From Lepidodermella squamata (lineage: Eukaryota; Animalia; Gastrotricha): a stretch of 64,000 bases of DNA. Positions 11,901-25,400 of this stretch are shown piece by piece. A program made the position numbers and the translations under genes. Location: assembly GCA_047495785.1 (NCBI GenBank), contig JBLDXI010000054.1, forward strand, positions 744,001 through 808,000, written 5' to 3'. Under the pieces are notes generated by a model, which worked only from the letters and a program-made list of their open reading frames with translations, was not told where the DNA came from and did no database searches. Each line of letters opens with the position of its first letter. The first letter of the stretch is position 1.

Positions 11901-14159
11901 TTAACCTTTTTGAACAATATTAATTATCAAAACAGAAGTTGAAAGCAACATTGTCAAGGCGATCAACGCAATTTGCTGTTTCAGTGGTTCGTCCATTATA
12001 GCCAGGATGAACAGCGTAGCCATTAGCACAATGCCAACATTGCAAATTTGAATATTCATTTTGCCAACTTTTTCCATCGAACTTCTGGAGTACCGAACTT
12101 GAGGATTACGTTTCACGTTGTAGACAGCTTTCATTGCTATTACAATAGCGATTATGTTACAGGCGAAAAAACTTGCAAGCCAAATGCCCAAATTTTTAGA
12201 TAGGCATACCGTGGCCCTTCTCAAAGCCATTGTATCAGTCGGTTCGTCGTAGACCAATGGCAAAACGATAGTTTTCAATTCATGCCTTTCAGGATCAGTG
12301 ATTATCCAGCTAAGAAGATAGATGATATTGAGAAGCACAAAGATTATCGCATTTTTCGGAACCTCACGAGGTGCTTTCAATTCGCTTCTTCGACTCGATT
12401 TCCGGTGCAGAGAGGACTTTCTGCTCGAAGATCGGAACCCAGGGCTCTGTGTGCCTTCAAGACGAAGCGAACTGAATGAAGAGTCGAGTGCGGCCTTTGC
12501 AATTCTTTGAAATTCGAGAGAGCTCATAAGCAATGCACCCGTCAAACTTGAAATTCCGAGAACGAGCAGAGACAATCGAAGCTTGCAAATGTGTTGAAAT
12601 GAGGGCGATTCTATAGTGAAACTGATTGAGCAGCCATCTATAACCAAGCTCGCCAAGAACACCTGAGCCCTGAAGTCTGTAAACCCTCTGAGTCCATAAC
12701 CTGTTTTATACACGTACACTGAAAGACCTAAAATGGTCGCGAAGACTTTGACTGAAACAATTGTGAGGGCAGATATCGTTACTTCCTTGGGCAATCCAAT
12801 TTCTACCGATTTCTCAGTCCAAAAGTCGCTTGGAGGGCTCCAATTCAACTTTTGGACGTAGTCGAACTGATAACGGTCGAAATCTGTGAGGCTTGCATCT
12901 TGAGGTAATTTGACGTTATAAGATAGCTTGAGCCTATTTGTATCCTTTGAATACACCCCGCAGAACATTGGCTCGCTATCAAGTTCCAACCTCGCTGAAT
13001 ACCTCAACTTGCCAACTCGAGTGTTTACGAACTCTAAACCAGGCATAGTCTCATTAGCAATTTGAGAAATCAATACTTTGTCTGCTTCGTAATCTACAAG
13101 GGTTAAGCCTCGTGACTTCAAAGCCTTCTCCGTCTCTGCCAGGGCAATTAGAGCCTCCAACATAGCATCATGGCAGGGAAATCGATTAGGATAGTCTGCA
13201 GCTCGAGAGCTGTTAGTCTTCGCATCTACCAAACGTTCAAGTTCTAACAAGTCGTAACCAAGCGAATTCGGACCATTATTTGATTCTGGCAGAAGAAAAT
13301 GTCCCAACCATATTGTGATTTCATACATTTCAATCAGAACCTTTGGCTTACAACCGATTGTAACAGCAAGAGAAGGGTCAAGAAAAGATTGAGTATAGCC
13401 AACAATGGCGTAGCGTTTCCCTCGAATCCCAGCTTTGTGAGCTAGACAGAAGAATCTCCCTGCAATTGAAGCTGCGTTCATATCGATGACAATGACGCGT
13501 AAATTCGTGGCTCTAAAATTCGCGATTACTTCCGCAGTTATTTCAGGCACAGCTTCGTACCAGCCAACGTATAGGCCGTTCGATCTAGCGAGCCGGTAGA
13601 ACAAATTTCCGTTGGACAAATCGAAATTGTTGAGCGAATAAGCGAGTTGGCCTAATTTTCGCCATTTTGTGAATTTTTTGATGAAGGAGATTCTCAGGTA
13701 GACAGTGTTTGCTCCCGGCAGTCTTGATCTGTAGATATTCGGGTATTTTACCCTTTGCTCGACCAGGTTGGGAGCTCCGCAGCCTGAGGAGATTCCGATA
13801 AGATTCAAATGATGGATTATAGGCCCGGAACTCTGGCAACCTGGGCTAAACCAATTGGCGACGTAAATAGGAGATTTGAACTCTTGGCTTCTGGAGTATT
13901 CAATGAGCTGACGGCTAGTTTTGTGGGCTAAAGGGCCTTCGTCAGCGAAAATTGGTTTAATGAAGTAGCCTGGGAGCATTGAGCTGTTTGCATTGAATGC
14001 TTCGACAGCGATTTCCATGGAAGCCTGGCATATCTTGCCATCGGCCGGTTCGTTCCCAGTGAAAGGAATGAAGGCCAGCATATTTAAAGAAACTGGTTTC
14101 AAATCAGAGGTTTGGCAAGTGGCTCCAATATTCAAGGAGAAAAATAAAATAAACAGCAT
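11901..14159 (-). CDS. Class C GPCR, GABA-B-receptor-like (Venus flytrap + 7TM, no Cys-rich domain), 752 aa, intronless
   Basis: Signal peptide; periplasmic-binding-protein-like region (EIAVEAFNANSSMLPGY, KYPNIYRS, GIRGKRY); WSPPSD linker; seven hydrophobic helices with C...L in TM3 and W...DP in TM4. Confidence 0.8.
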   Translation of the reverse strand: MLFILFFSLNIGATCQTSDLKPVSLNMLAFIPFTGNEPADGKICQASMEIAVEAFNANSSMLPGYFIKPIFADEGPLAHKTSRQLIEYSRSQEFKSPIYVANWFSPGCQSSGPIIHHLNLIGISSGCGAPNLVEQRVKYPNIYRSRLPGANTVYLRISFIKKFTKWRKLGQLAYSLNNFDLSNGNLFYRLARSNGLYVGWYEAVPEITAEVIANFRATNLRVIVIDMNAASIAGRFFCLAHKAGIRGKRYAIVGYTQSFLDPSLAVTIGCKPKVLIEMYEITIWLGHFLLPESNNGPNSLGYDLLELERLVDAKTNSSRAADYPNRFPCHDAMLEALIALAETEKALKSRGLTLVDYEADKVLISQIANETMPGLEFVNTRVGKLRYSARLELDSEPMFCGVYSKDTNRLKLSYNVKLPQDASLTDFDRYQFDYVQKLNWSPPSDFWTEKSVEIGLPKEVTISALTIVSVKVFATILGLSVYVYKTGYGLRGFTDFRAQVFLASLVIDGCSISFTIESPSFQHICKLRLSLLVLGISSLTGALLMSSLEFQRIAKAALDSSFSSLRLEGTQSPGFRSSSRKSSLHRKSSRRSELKAPREVPKNAIIFVLLNIIYLLSWIITDPERHELKTIVLPLVYDEPTDTMALRRATVCLSKNLGIWLASFFACNIIAIVIAMKAVYNVKRNPQVRYSRSSMEKVGKMNIQICNVGIVLMATLFILAIMDEPLKQQIALIALTMLLSTSVLIINIVQKG

Positions 14160-15285
14160 TTTGTAGTCGAGCCGATTATTAAGCTATTCAAAATTCACAG
14201 AATTGTCACTTTAACCCAACGATCGAGAATTAGCGAAACTAACAGCTTCTTTTAGCTTTCGCCAAGCTTGATATATATCACGTCCACAAATTGATTACTT
14301 GCGAAGGCAATTTTCTTCACGGTGCGCTGCAGTTATAAGCTCATCGAAAATAAAGACGATTTTAATTGGGGCTGCAGGACAAAAAGTGTGACATCTCGCA
14401 CTTTCGTGTAAAATTTGGAATGCTATTTTCAGCGCGTTTAGCCGAGGTCAAGCTGGTTAAATTCTGCCAACCCTAGATCCTAGATCTAGCTCAGGAGTCC
14501 AAAATGGATGATCAAGATAATATGTATAAGGATATTATTTCCAGACTAAATGCTGTCAAAACACGCTGCTGTCTGGAATTTGTCCTCCGCTCCACAGAAG
14601 AAGATGTTCCAAGACCCTAAGATATTGTTTAGCAACCTGGTACCCTGTTATACTTCAATATTCACAATTTTTCAGTCTATCCCAACGATCTAGAATTAGC
14701 GAAATTGACAAAAATTTATTTTAGTTGTCGGTTCTCGCACTCGCATTTCGCACTGAGCGCGTGTGCAGTAAAATGGCTTGACGCGTTTGAACAGCCTTGC
14801 TGAAATCTGAAATATTGCATACCTGAGCCGAACCAGGTTGGGTGGGAATTTAATGGCGTAAATTTTCAATCATGATCCACGATAAATACTCGATTGTTAT
14901 ATTTCTAAGGGAGACTAACTAATCGAAATGCCATATTTTGGGCAAATTTAGCTCTGAAACCCTTAATTTAGGGTCTGCTTTGAAAATGAAAATGAATTCA
15001 AGTCAAAACGAAAACGTTGTAAAGCCACAGGTGAATCCGCATGCTGAACACTCTCATTCGTTAATTCTCCGAGCTAACAATATTGGCTTCGTAATCATGG
15101 TGGTAATTATGCGTGACTTGAAGTCGATCGGTCACGCGCGGGTGATATCACAGCAACCACAGCAGAAAATGTAGGAATATTGCTCACTCCCATTAATTAA
15201 AGTATAACTTTGCCTTCAGAAATGGATTATGGTAAATAAAAACTAATTTGTTTCACCAAATTTTTCAAGTTTTCACCGGGTAATC

Positions 15286-15390
15286 ATGGACAAACTGCAG
15301 GCATCACTGCACCGTCGAACGTCGCAATACTCACGCTACGAACGGCGCGTTTCAGTTTTCTATCAAATCGACAAGAAATTAGCATGCCAG
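15286..15390 (+). CDS. Candidate alternative first coding exon 1a of the dynein heavy chain (MDKLQASLHRR...KLACQ)
   Basis: ATG-initiated open 35-codon exon ending CAG|GTAAGC (phase 0), compatible with phase-0 acceptors at 16428 and 16503. Confidence 0.5.
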
Positions 15391-16161
15391 GTAAGCATTT
15401 TCGATCATTCACTGCTCTTAATTCCATCAATTTAAAATAAACAAAAAATGACCTAAATTCATGCGCGCACTAATTGAGAAAGGCGCTAGTAGACGATTTA
15501 TCGAGTCGCTATCAACCAGTTTTGTTTACATCAGGTCTCAAACTGCGTTCATATTCTATTCAGCCTCATTCTTAGACGGGATGAATGCTGAATTCATGTC
15601 CTGCAAATTTATGAATTAATAATAGCGCAAGACTGTCAATATACTTCATAGCATGGCAAAGTAGGTCAAACCGAGACAAAACGAGCTTAACCTGGCTCAT
15701 GGAATTTTTTCTAATTATCGCTTCATATAATTGTTAAATAAAAAGCCGGATTTTCCGAGAAATAAATGTCAAAAAAATCGAAAAGAAAATTCATGATTTT
15801 TGTGTCCGTGGGGGCTTTTCAAAACGATGTGAAATCCGGTCAGTTTTTTCAATTGCTTTTTCGCCGGTCGCAGGCGAGTCACATTTATTACCTGTAGCAA
15901 TGAATAGCCATTTATTATTACAATAGGATTTCAAATGCCTATGCATACATCGCAAGTGTGTTGATACAAAAAAATTTCTATATCGCTCGCATTATTGGGG
16001 CTACTAGATTTTGTTTGGTAGCCACTAATAGCGTTGGCTCTTTTGCCTCTATTGTATATTATTATTCAAAGGGAGTAGTTGTGTTATTGCGGCATCGGCG
16101 CGCTTGCCTGTTATTATTACTATTATTTACTGAGCGCGCGCGCGTTCTATTGATAAAATGC

Positions 16162-16175
16162 GTTGCCATGGCGCC
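16162..16175 (+). promoter_or_regulatory. RFX X-box-like motif upstream of the ciliary dynein gene
   Basis: GTTGCCATGGCGCC against the X-box consensus GTTGCCATGGCAAC; it lies just upstream of candidate exon 1b. RFX control of ciliary genes is established. Confidence 0.55.
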
Positions 16176-16187
16176 GCTGGGCGATCA

Positions 16188-16211
16188 ATGCGTATAATAG
16201 CGCCTCAAAAG
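16188..16211 (+). CDS. Candidate alternative first coding exon 1b of the dynein (MRIIAPQK)
   Basis: ATG...AAG|GTGACG phase-0 donor, starting just downstream of the X-box. Confidence 0.4.
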
Positions 16212-16433
16212 GTGACGCACAGCGCAGCGCAGACACCGCCGGGTTGGTTCGCATCACCGCCATCATCATCGTCGTCATCTCTGCGATTTTGTTATATTCG
16301 GTGTAAAAACATAACATTTCACTGCGAATTTTCAAGAAATTTTATTTAATTATTATTTAAAGCGCGCGATAAGAGATTAGCGCGCACGCTAATTTATTTC
16401 CGCGTTGTTGTTAGTCTCAATATATAGCAAAAA

Positions 16434-19400
16434 ATGGCTACCTTGAGACAGGTACATTTCAAGCTGGATTGCTGTTTTGAATTTCGATCAATTTTCTTTT
16501 AGCAACGGCTTCGCGAGGAGAGGGAAGCGAAGCGGTCGATGCTCGACGACCGGCATCACTACATGCTGGAATTCGTGTCGAAATACGTCGGCATGGAACG
16601 CCCCGAGGCGGAAGATTGCGTCCTCGATGGCAATCAAATCGAGCTCATGGACAAGTTTTTGAGTAAGTTTCCCAATTAAATAATTTACTGGAGAAAATTC
16701 GGAAAATAATGTCTTGTAAAATGTTTAAAAATTAGGAAATTGTAACAAAAATTCCAAAATTTAGGAATAATTTTTTAATTAATTTTAATTTAAGATTTAG
16801 ATCACAAATTAGTTTTAAAAAAATGTTGAATAAATTTAATATTTTTTAAATGTTTGAATTGTGTTATTAATTTTTAAAATACAAATATTGAAAAATCCTT
16901 GCGTTTTTTTTTAATTTATAGGCGCTGATGGTGGCCAGACCTTGCTGTTTATTTATCAAGAACCCGAGCCTGAATCCCAACAGGCCGAAGCAGCAGCGGC
17001 CCCCGGTGCCGATGGACCAGTCCTGCGACTCAACGCCCCAACCAACCGGCCACCGCCCCGGGCGAATAAGCCCCGAATCACCGTAACTGATGGCACTGAT
17101 GCCATCACGTTAACCGGCATTTGTTGCATCTACTACAAATCGCTGCCGATCGCGATAACGAGTAGCAACATATATAAAGAGCTCAACTTTCTGCCGATGG
17201 ATTGCCGCGGCGAGGCTGGCAAGGGCATCCTAGCCGGTATTGGCCAGGTTTTGACGGGTATTTTTGTCCCGGCCCTGACGACCAACGAGGAGAGCTGGGG
17301 GCTGTTGAAAGACAGCCGCGATGGCGCGAGAACCCGTGGCCAATTCATCGCATCGTTGGAAAGCTTCGTCTCAGTTATGAAGGGTGCGTGGAAAATTCAC
17401 ATTTTGGGTCCCCTACAAAGTAGGGAAAATTTAGTAACAGGCTTCAAAGCAAAAGCTTCAAAGCAACCTGACCTCAAAGCAAAATTAAAAAATGGCTTCA
17501 AAGTAAAATAATAGCATTAATTCCAAAACATGGTGATCATTGCTTATTACTTTATTTTACTTTTTTTATGGGAGTGCTTTGAAGCCATTTGGTCTGAAGT
17601 GTGCACCATTTGTTGCTCTCTGCTTTATTTGAAGCCTGCTACTCTGTGGGGGACCCCACACATTTTCCCTCAAAAAATATTACATTTTGAAATTCGAAAA
17701 AATTAAAAATTAAAAAATTGATTGATTCTAAAATATACTATCAAAAAAACTAAAATTTTCTAAATTGAATTAAAATTAAAAAATTGATTAGTTAAGAAGA
17801 AATCGATTAAAATGCAATTAAATGGCTAAATTAATTTGAGTAATTTGATTTAATATTGATTCAATTTTTTTCTGAATCGATCAATTTTTTCTCTAATTTA
17901 TTTATTTATTTATTATTAATTTGAAAATTGAATTTTTTCGTATTTTTATGATAATTTTATCGCTTTCAGAGGCCAGTTCGAGTTTGGACGACCGCATTGT
18001 GCTGAAGCCGTGCACAACGCACAATTTAGCGAAGCTGAAAACGCCCAGCGACTTCCTACACATCGCCTCTAGCCCGGAACAAATGACCCATATCGAGCAA
18101 ATCGTTCAAGTTTGGATCAAACAAATTGAACAGGTCCTCGCCGAGTCGGAACAGGTGCGGAAAGAGGCCGACTCTATCGGCCCGCGGGCTGAACTCGAGT
18201 ACTGGAAGCACCGGATGGCGAAATTTTCCAGCCTGCTCGACCAGCTTAAAACGCCCCAAGTTCGAGCTGCGGTGGGTATTCTAACCGTGGCTAAATCTCG
18301 AATGCTGAAGGCGTGGCTCGACCTTGACCGGCGCATCACGGACGCGACTAACGAAGCTAAGGACAACGTTAAATTTTTGTATACCCTAGACAAATGGTGT
18401 GACCCGTTGTACAATAACGACCCTACGACTATGTTAGACTCAGTTGCCGGGCTTCTGAACGCGATTCGCATGATTTACTCGATCTCGAAATACTACAACA
18501 CGTCCGAGCGGTTGACATCCCTATTCGCGAAAATCACCAGCCAGATGATAACTTCGTGCAAGTCTTATATTACGAATCACGACGTTGATACCGTTTGGTC
18601 GCAGGATATGGTCGATGTTCGGCGGAAGATGGAGGAGTGCCTGCGGCTGAATGCTGAGTACCAGGCTCAGTACCACAAAACGAAGGCTAAACTGGCGCAG
18701 TCGCCGGATGAGAAGCCGTTCGATTTGTCCGAGATGTACATCTTCGGCAAATTTGAGACCTTCTGCCGGCGATTGAGGAAGATTATCGATATTTTCGATA
18801 CCATCAAGACGTATTCGAGCCTTCAAGAATGCCGCGTTGAGGTAAGAAAAATTGGGCAATTTATTACAATTATAATTAGATAATTTTTTCGTGAAACCTA
18901 TTTTTCATCTTTATTGCGAACTTGCAAATATTTCATTAATGGATTTTTCATTTTCAGTCATTATTCCGTTATTTTCTATGGAAATTCGAAAATATTGTGA
19001 TTAATTGCAGATAATTTTCATGAAATTCATTTATTTCTTCAATTCTTGGAAATTTAAAAAAATTTCTCTTTATTGACCCGGCGACTGTTCTTTTCCTTTT
19101 CATTTTAGTCATTATTTGGTCGCGATCAGGTTTTAAATTGACCTTGATAAAATTCCCCTCGTAGAGCCCTTGCCAGAATATCGGCCGCCATCTCTCCCGT
19201 TTTGTTCAAGTTTTGTTTTACACCAAACCTGTAGATTTACCGAGTTTACAGACTCGGTAAGCATTCCTAGAAATTCGCTTTAGGCGTTCAACATTTCGAA
19301 AATTCATATTTTCGCAATCAAATTAGCAATCCAACTAAAGATTATATCCTTAGACGTAGGCCTTCTAAACAGCTGATATCAAAGAAATCACTGATTTGTG

Positions 19401-22400
19401 AAATCGATACTTTGAATCGATATCGGCTCTACTGAGCTATAATTTGAAGCTCAAATTCAGACAGTTTTCCGCCGTTTCCACGATAGAAGCAAATAAACAA
19501 GATTGAACTAATCCGTGAAAATTCGTCAGAAAAATCCCCTTTTAAACTTGACACGTTTTGTTCTAAGAGGTTCTATGCATTAGCTATAATTTCCCCAGCA
19601 ACAATATGATAATTTCAGTTTGTTTTATTTTCCCGAAAATTCCTCAATTTCCAGATATTATTTTGGTTTTCACAATTTCGACGCATTAATTCCTGGACTC
19701 AATTTTTGAATTCTTTGAATTTTTTGTTTATTTTTTCAGGGCATCGACATGATGTACGCTAAATTCAACGTCGCCGTCGTTGCAATGAAGAAGAAAAAGT
19801 ACGACTTCCTGAACCTGCGCAACCAGGACTTCGACCAAGACTACGAAGACTTCCGGCGACAGGTCGAAGACCTCCGCACCGCTATAATGACCTTCTTGGA
19901 CACGAAATTCAACCGCGTCAGCGACACAGCCGAAGCCCTGAGGACGCTGCACAAATTCGAAAATCTCGGCATTCCTAATCTGAATTTCGACGAGCGATAC
20001 GCGCGCATTCTAGCCGCCTATGCTCGAGACATTGAAATGGTGTCGAAAATTTACCAACGCCACAAATCCGACCCGCCGCTGCCGCGAAATTGGCCGCCTA
20101 TTGCCGGGCGAATCGCGTGGGTTCGGCAGTTGTACCGCCGTCTAGCCGACCCGATGGAGTCGTTTTCGCGCCATCCGACGATTTTGCAATCGGCTGATGC
20201 TAAGAAGTTGATTAAACAATACAACCGAGTTTGCACCGTCCTGCTCGAGTATGAAATTTTGTACCATAAGGAGGCGTTTGTTAAGCAAGTCGATGCTGTT
20301 CGCATTGGCCTGCAGGCGACTGTGCTGGTTCGGCATCACGAGACTAAGGAGATTTTTGCGAATTTCGACCCGGCTGTTAATACGGTGGTTAGGGAGACGG
20401 AGATTTTGGCCAGGCTGGGGTGTGAAGTTCCACCGTTTGCTAAACAACTGCGACAACGGCAACAACAGTTGAAGGAACGATTACAGGTAAAAATTAGTAA
20501 AAAAATTCAAACTCATAAATTTTTGAAGAATTTCAGCTAACTTTTGATTTCGAATTTCAGAAATTTCAGATTTTTTTCGGAAAATATTTTAAAAGTTCTA
20601 AGCAATTTTTAAAACTGCAATCTTTCAATATTCAATATTCTATGATTTTTTTAATTAATTTTAATGTTTAAATAAATTTGAATAATTGTTAGAAAGTACG
20701 AACTATTTCTTCAAATTTCCTCGAAAAATGACCTGAAAAATTGAAAATGTTTTTAAAATTTTGAATTTTTAAAATTTTTAATAGTTAATGCCTTGTATTG
20801 GCATCGCACGAAACCTTTAATTCTAGTACAGTAAAACCTGTTATCTCGAACTCTGTGTATCTCGAAAACCTGTGTATGTCGAAGTCTTGCCGAGGAACCG
20901 TGGGTTTTTCAGCATGTAGCCCATATTATTCACTCTGTGAAGTCGAACTCTGTCTATCTCGAAAGTCGAAGAGCGGGAAAGGAACGGTAGCCATATGGTG
21001 CATTATTGTGACTCTTTGAAGTCGAATGTTCGAAGCTCTTTCTTAATTTTGAGCGATACCGCGCGCGCAAGGCAAGGCGTGAAGTGGCTAAAGAGGGTCT
21101 AAGCGTGTTGTTTACCTACCTGCAGCGCTCTCGGCGAAACGCTAAAGCTGCTCGTAATCGTCAACCCCCGCGTTGCGTAATCCTACTTGAACACTTTATT
21201 TCAGGTCACGCGGCCTATCCCAGCGCATTTAAGGCCGACAACGCGGCTTGTGACTTGGGTAATTACAGAATATTTCAAATCTAGCGCTAATATTCAATAA
21301 AATGTTGCTATTTGTGCTCTAAAATATTGGGGTGATGAAATAAACGCTTTAAAATAGGCCCAGGGGTGATTTCATGCGATATATGTCAGTCTCCCTCTAT
21401 CTCGAATCTCTCTGGAAGTCGAATGGGTCGAATGGCACCGTGAGCCTTCGAGATAACAGGTTTTACTGTAATTGAAAATTCTATAGACGAAGACTCAAGT
21501 TTTGGATATTCTCATTGATCTCCATTTTTTCAAAAATCACCTCAATCGATTTTTTTATATTTTTGATACATTTTTCTCCTCAACTAGACCCTCGATCACC
21601 TGTTGGCCGAGTACCATCGCGTTACAGGCAAAGTTCCGCAAGCTTTCGAACTTCTCATGTCGCCGCACTTCGCCAAGGTCATCGCCGCCCTAGAACCCGG
21701 CTGGACCTCAGTCACGTGGACCTCGGTCAATTTCTCGACCTTCATCGAATCGGCGATGAAAGCCCTCGCCGACTTTGAACTACTCATCGACCGGGCGCTG
21801 CAGCTCACCGAGTTCCGCATTGACTCCGTGTTCCATGAGATGACCCAGGTCACGCTGTGCGAACTGCCCGACGAAGAGCCGTGGACGGCAGACCACTTCC
21901 TCGAACGCACGCAACAACTGTGCCACAGAGGCGCACAGGTAAAATAAAAAATCCGATATTAACACGTTTCAATTTTTTAAGGTGGATTTTTTTTTAATTT
22001 TGCCAAATTCAATCTCGTCGTTAAAATATGGCCATTTTATCACACTCGCACTGACCTAGAGTAATAATGTCAGAGAAAGTAGGTCAGGTCATCAGAAACG
22101 CAGCCTTAATTACGTCAAAAGCGTGCTAAAAATGACGCACTTTTCATTATAGTACAAGACTGCTATGATTTTTGTTCCTTTTAAATGTGAATAATAATGA
22201 TTTTCCTATTACACAATTCTATTTTTTCTCGAATGTTCTTCCTCCAGATTTTGCAAACAAAGAGCATAAATGTGGAAGATGCGGCGCACGAGTTGATCGA
22301 CATGCTCATTGGTGATTTGCACAAGACGCATGCTCACGACGAGGAGGACAGCGAAAAGCCGTCGGAGGGTGTTGATGCGAATGCTGCGGCGGCTGAGTCT

Positions 22401-25400
22401 GCCGATGGCCAGCAGAATGAACGCACGCGGAGCCGCAATTCAGGTGGACCGGGTAATAATACGAACCGCGGCCGCACCGGACGGAAAGATCAGCGTGAAG
22501 CTATTGAAGAAGCGGCTTCAGAATTGCTGAACCATTTCTCACACAGGTGAGCATTAGAATTTTCCAATTTTTTTCATTTCCATTAAAATTATAAAAAAAA
22601 ATCAAAATCGAGGAAAATATTTTTGAAATTTGTGTGAATTTAATTATAAAAATGAATTTGAAATATTTTAATTTTTTATAATTTTCAGGAATCTCGATTC
22701 TTTGGTTAAAGTAACCCGGCAGACATTGGAAGCACTTCGGCGTCGTCTGACCGCAAAATCGTCTATGTTGACAATGTACGGCGCGCGGAATGCCGGGAAT
22801 GAATCTTCGCGCGCTTTCTTCCACGTCGACACTGTTCTGACGATTCCGAATGTGAATATTCAACCGACGCTAGAGGAGGTGCAGCAGGCGGTTAACAAAG
22901 CGGCGCAGATGATTGTCGGCGTGTCGAAGGGCGTGTCGCAGTGGACGCGAACTCGCGAGGAAAAAGATCAGTCAAAAGACGGTAAAAAAATTGTAGTGCT
23001 CCGAAAAAATTTTCTAGAATTTCAAATCTCAATTTTTTTAGGTTCCTCAGTGGATGAATTTTTTGGAAAATTCGGGAAAAATTTCTAGAATAAAGAATTG
23101 AATTATTTGTAAATATTCGAAAAAAATTGAAAATTGGTTTCTTGGAAATTGTTCACAATTTTTTTTAATTTCGATGGTTCAATTTTACCTGTCAGATTTG
23201 GCTAGAATGAGACTTGAGGAATGTATGTCATCGATAATTACAGTCTTAGTGACTTTTTAGATCTGTAGCCCGAAACAGGACATTCGCGCACATTAACTAT
23301 TTTTTTAGTGAAATTTAGCTTTTCTCATGCATTCTTTGAAATTTTGTTATGAAATGAAACAGGGCGGGTTTGGGAGAAGCAGTCTGAAAGGCCCTCTGAG
23401 AGACCATCTGAGGGCCAACGAACCTACGTGTCACGATCCAGTCGTAAGTACCCCACCCGAAAATTGAAACCAACTATACTAGCCCGCTTCATCTTAATTT
23501 TGTCTTGCAGAAAAAATCAGTATACTTGTACTAGATTTTAGAAATTTTTAATCTTGAAAATTAGAATTTAGCACAGAAATATTTTAATTTTCTTTCTGAT
23601 TATTTATTTATTTATTCTGAAAATTAGCTTAATTTTTCTGAATTAGAATATCAATTTTTTAATACAAATTAAAAATGAATTTTTTAAGCTGGATTTTTAA
23701 ATAATTTCTTTCAATTTTTTTAGATGGAGCAGGTGAAAGGAGAGGAAGCGTCGCGAGTGGCCCAGATTCGGACAATCCGCCTCAACCAGCCGCCTCGGAG
23801 GCTCCGACTTCGAAAACCGGCCTAACCGCTGCCCAGAAAGAGCAGCAGCAAACAGCGATTGAAATCCAACAGCTGAACTACTACCGGCCAGTCAGCGAGC
23901 ACAAAGAAATTCTGAAACTCATCTCTCAGCTTTCATCCATTGTCAGCTCACTGAAGAAAGAAGTCACCGACGTGCTGAAAGGCTTCAACAAATACGCTGA
24001 AATTTGGAGCCGAGACCGCGAAGAAACGCTGGCTGAGTTCACGAAGCAGAACCCGAAGTTGCCGGAATATATGGGCGAGATAATTTTCTACGAAGAGTGG
24101 GACATACGAATCGGGGAAGAGCCGGAGTTTTACACGATAGGGCCCATTGCGTTGTTCACTGAACGGTTCAAACTCGGCTTATCAACCGAGACGAAAGCGT
24201 GGCGGTTGATGTACGGCAAGGCCTGTAACACGAAATATCGGTCTGAGATGATATCGATTTTCGATTTCATCGACGATTTGACAAAGCGGCTTCAGAGGCC
24301 TATCAAAGATTTGGATGATATTCGGCTGTTGATGGGTTCTTTGAAGGAGATGAGGGAGGAATTTACGAGGATTGATATGGCCATCCCTGGGGTTGAGGAG
24401 TCGTATGCTATGTTGACTAAGCACGAGCTGCCCGTTGCTAGGGAGGAGGTTGAGCGGTGTGATACGCTGCGGTATTCTTGGGAGAGGCTGCTCCAGAATT
24501 CGATGACTGTGCAGAATATGCTGGTCGATGTTCAGCCGCGGTATCGTGGGCAACTGTTCGAAAATGTTGGCCAGTTCAAGGTCGATACGGAACAGTTCTA
24601 CAAAGACTACAGAGCTAAGGTAAAATTTGGGAATTTCTCTTAAATTGTCCTAAATTAATAGTGATTGTTTTGCATTTCATGAAAAGTCATACAAAAATAT
24701 TGAAATTTATTTGAAAATGGGTTAAAAAGAAGCAAAATGTGTCAAATCAGGGTGGTTTCGGAAAAAATTGAATATTACTCTAAAAATAATGGGGAATGCG
24801 GGCCGAAATATTATCGAAATTCGAATTTGAAATTTGTAATTCATTCGAGGGTTCTTATAAACAAACAACTCGAAAATATTCTTGTGAATTTCGATTATTT
24901 TTGTGTTTTATTGATTTTTCTGAATTTGAGATTTTCGCCTAGTGCGATTTAAAACTTCTTGAAAATACCAGTTTTGGTTCCCATTTTTCCCGCGAATGAC
25001 TAAATTGGCCCCTCTTTAATTAGTTGGAATGGAAAATTGAGAGAGAATGATGAACTCGAAATTTGTGAAAAATCGAAACCTGAGATTAAATGCATTTTCG
25101 CTTCGGATAAATTTCAATATTATATCCATTATTCTATAAACTTGAAAATTAAATTGCTGTTTTTGAAATTTTAAAGCGTGTCCCATAAGTAACGCTAGCA
25201 TAAAAAAATACACGAAAACAATTTCAGAAGATCTAAAATGAGAGACGAATCTCTTGGCCAGGAATTTTTAGAAAATTTAAATAATCGCGAGAACATTCCG
25301 CAGAAATTTGGTCCAACTTCGTAAATTATACCGAAAATTACCGAACCATTTAGCATCGGGATTTTCCGGGTTTTCTCAGGTAAGTTTTGTATTTCTTCGG

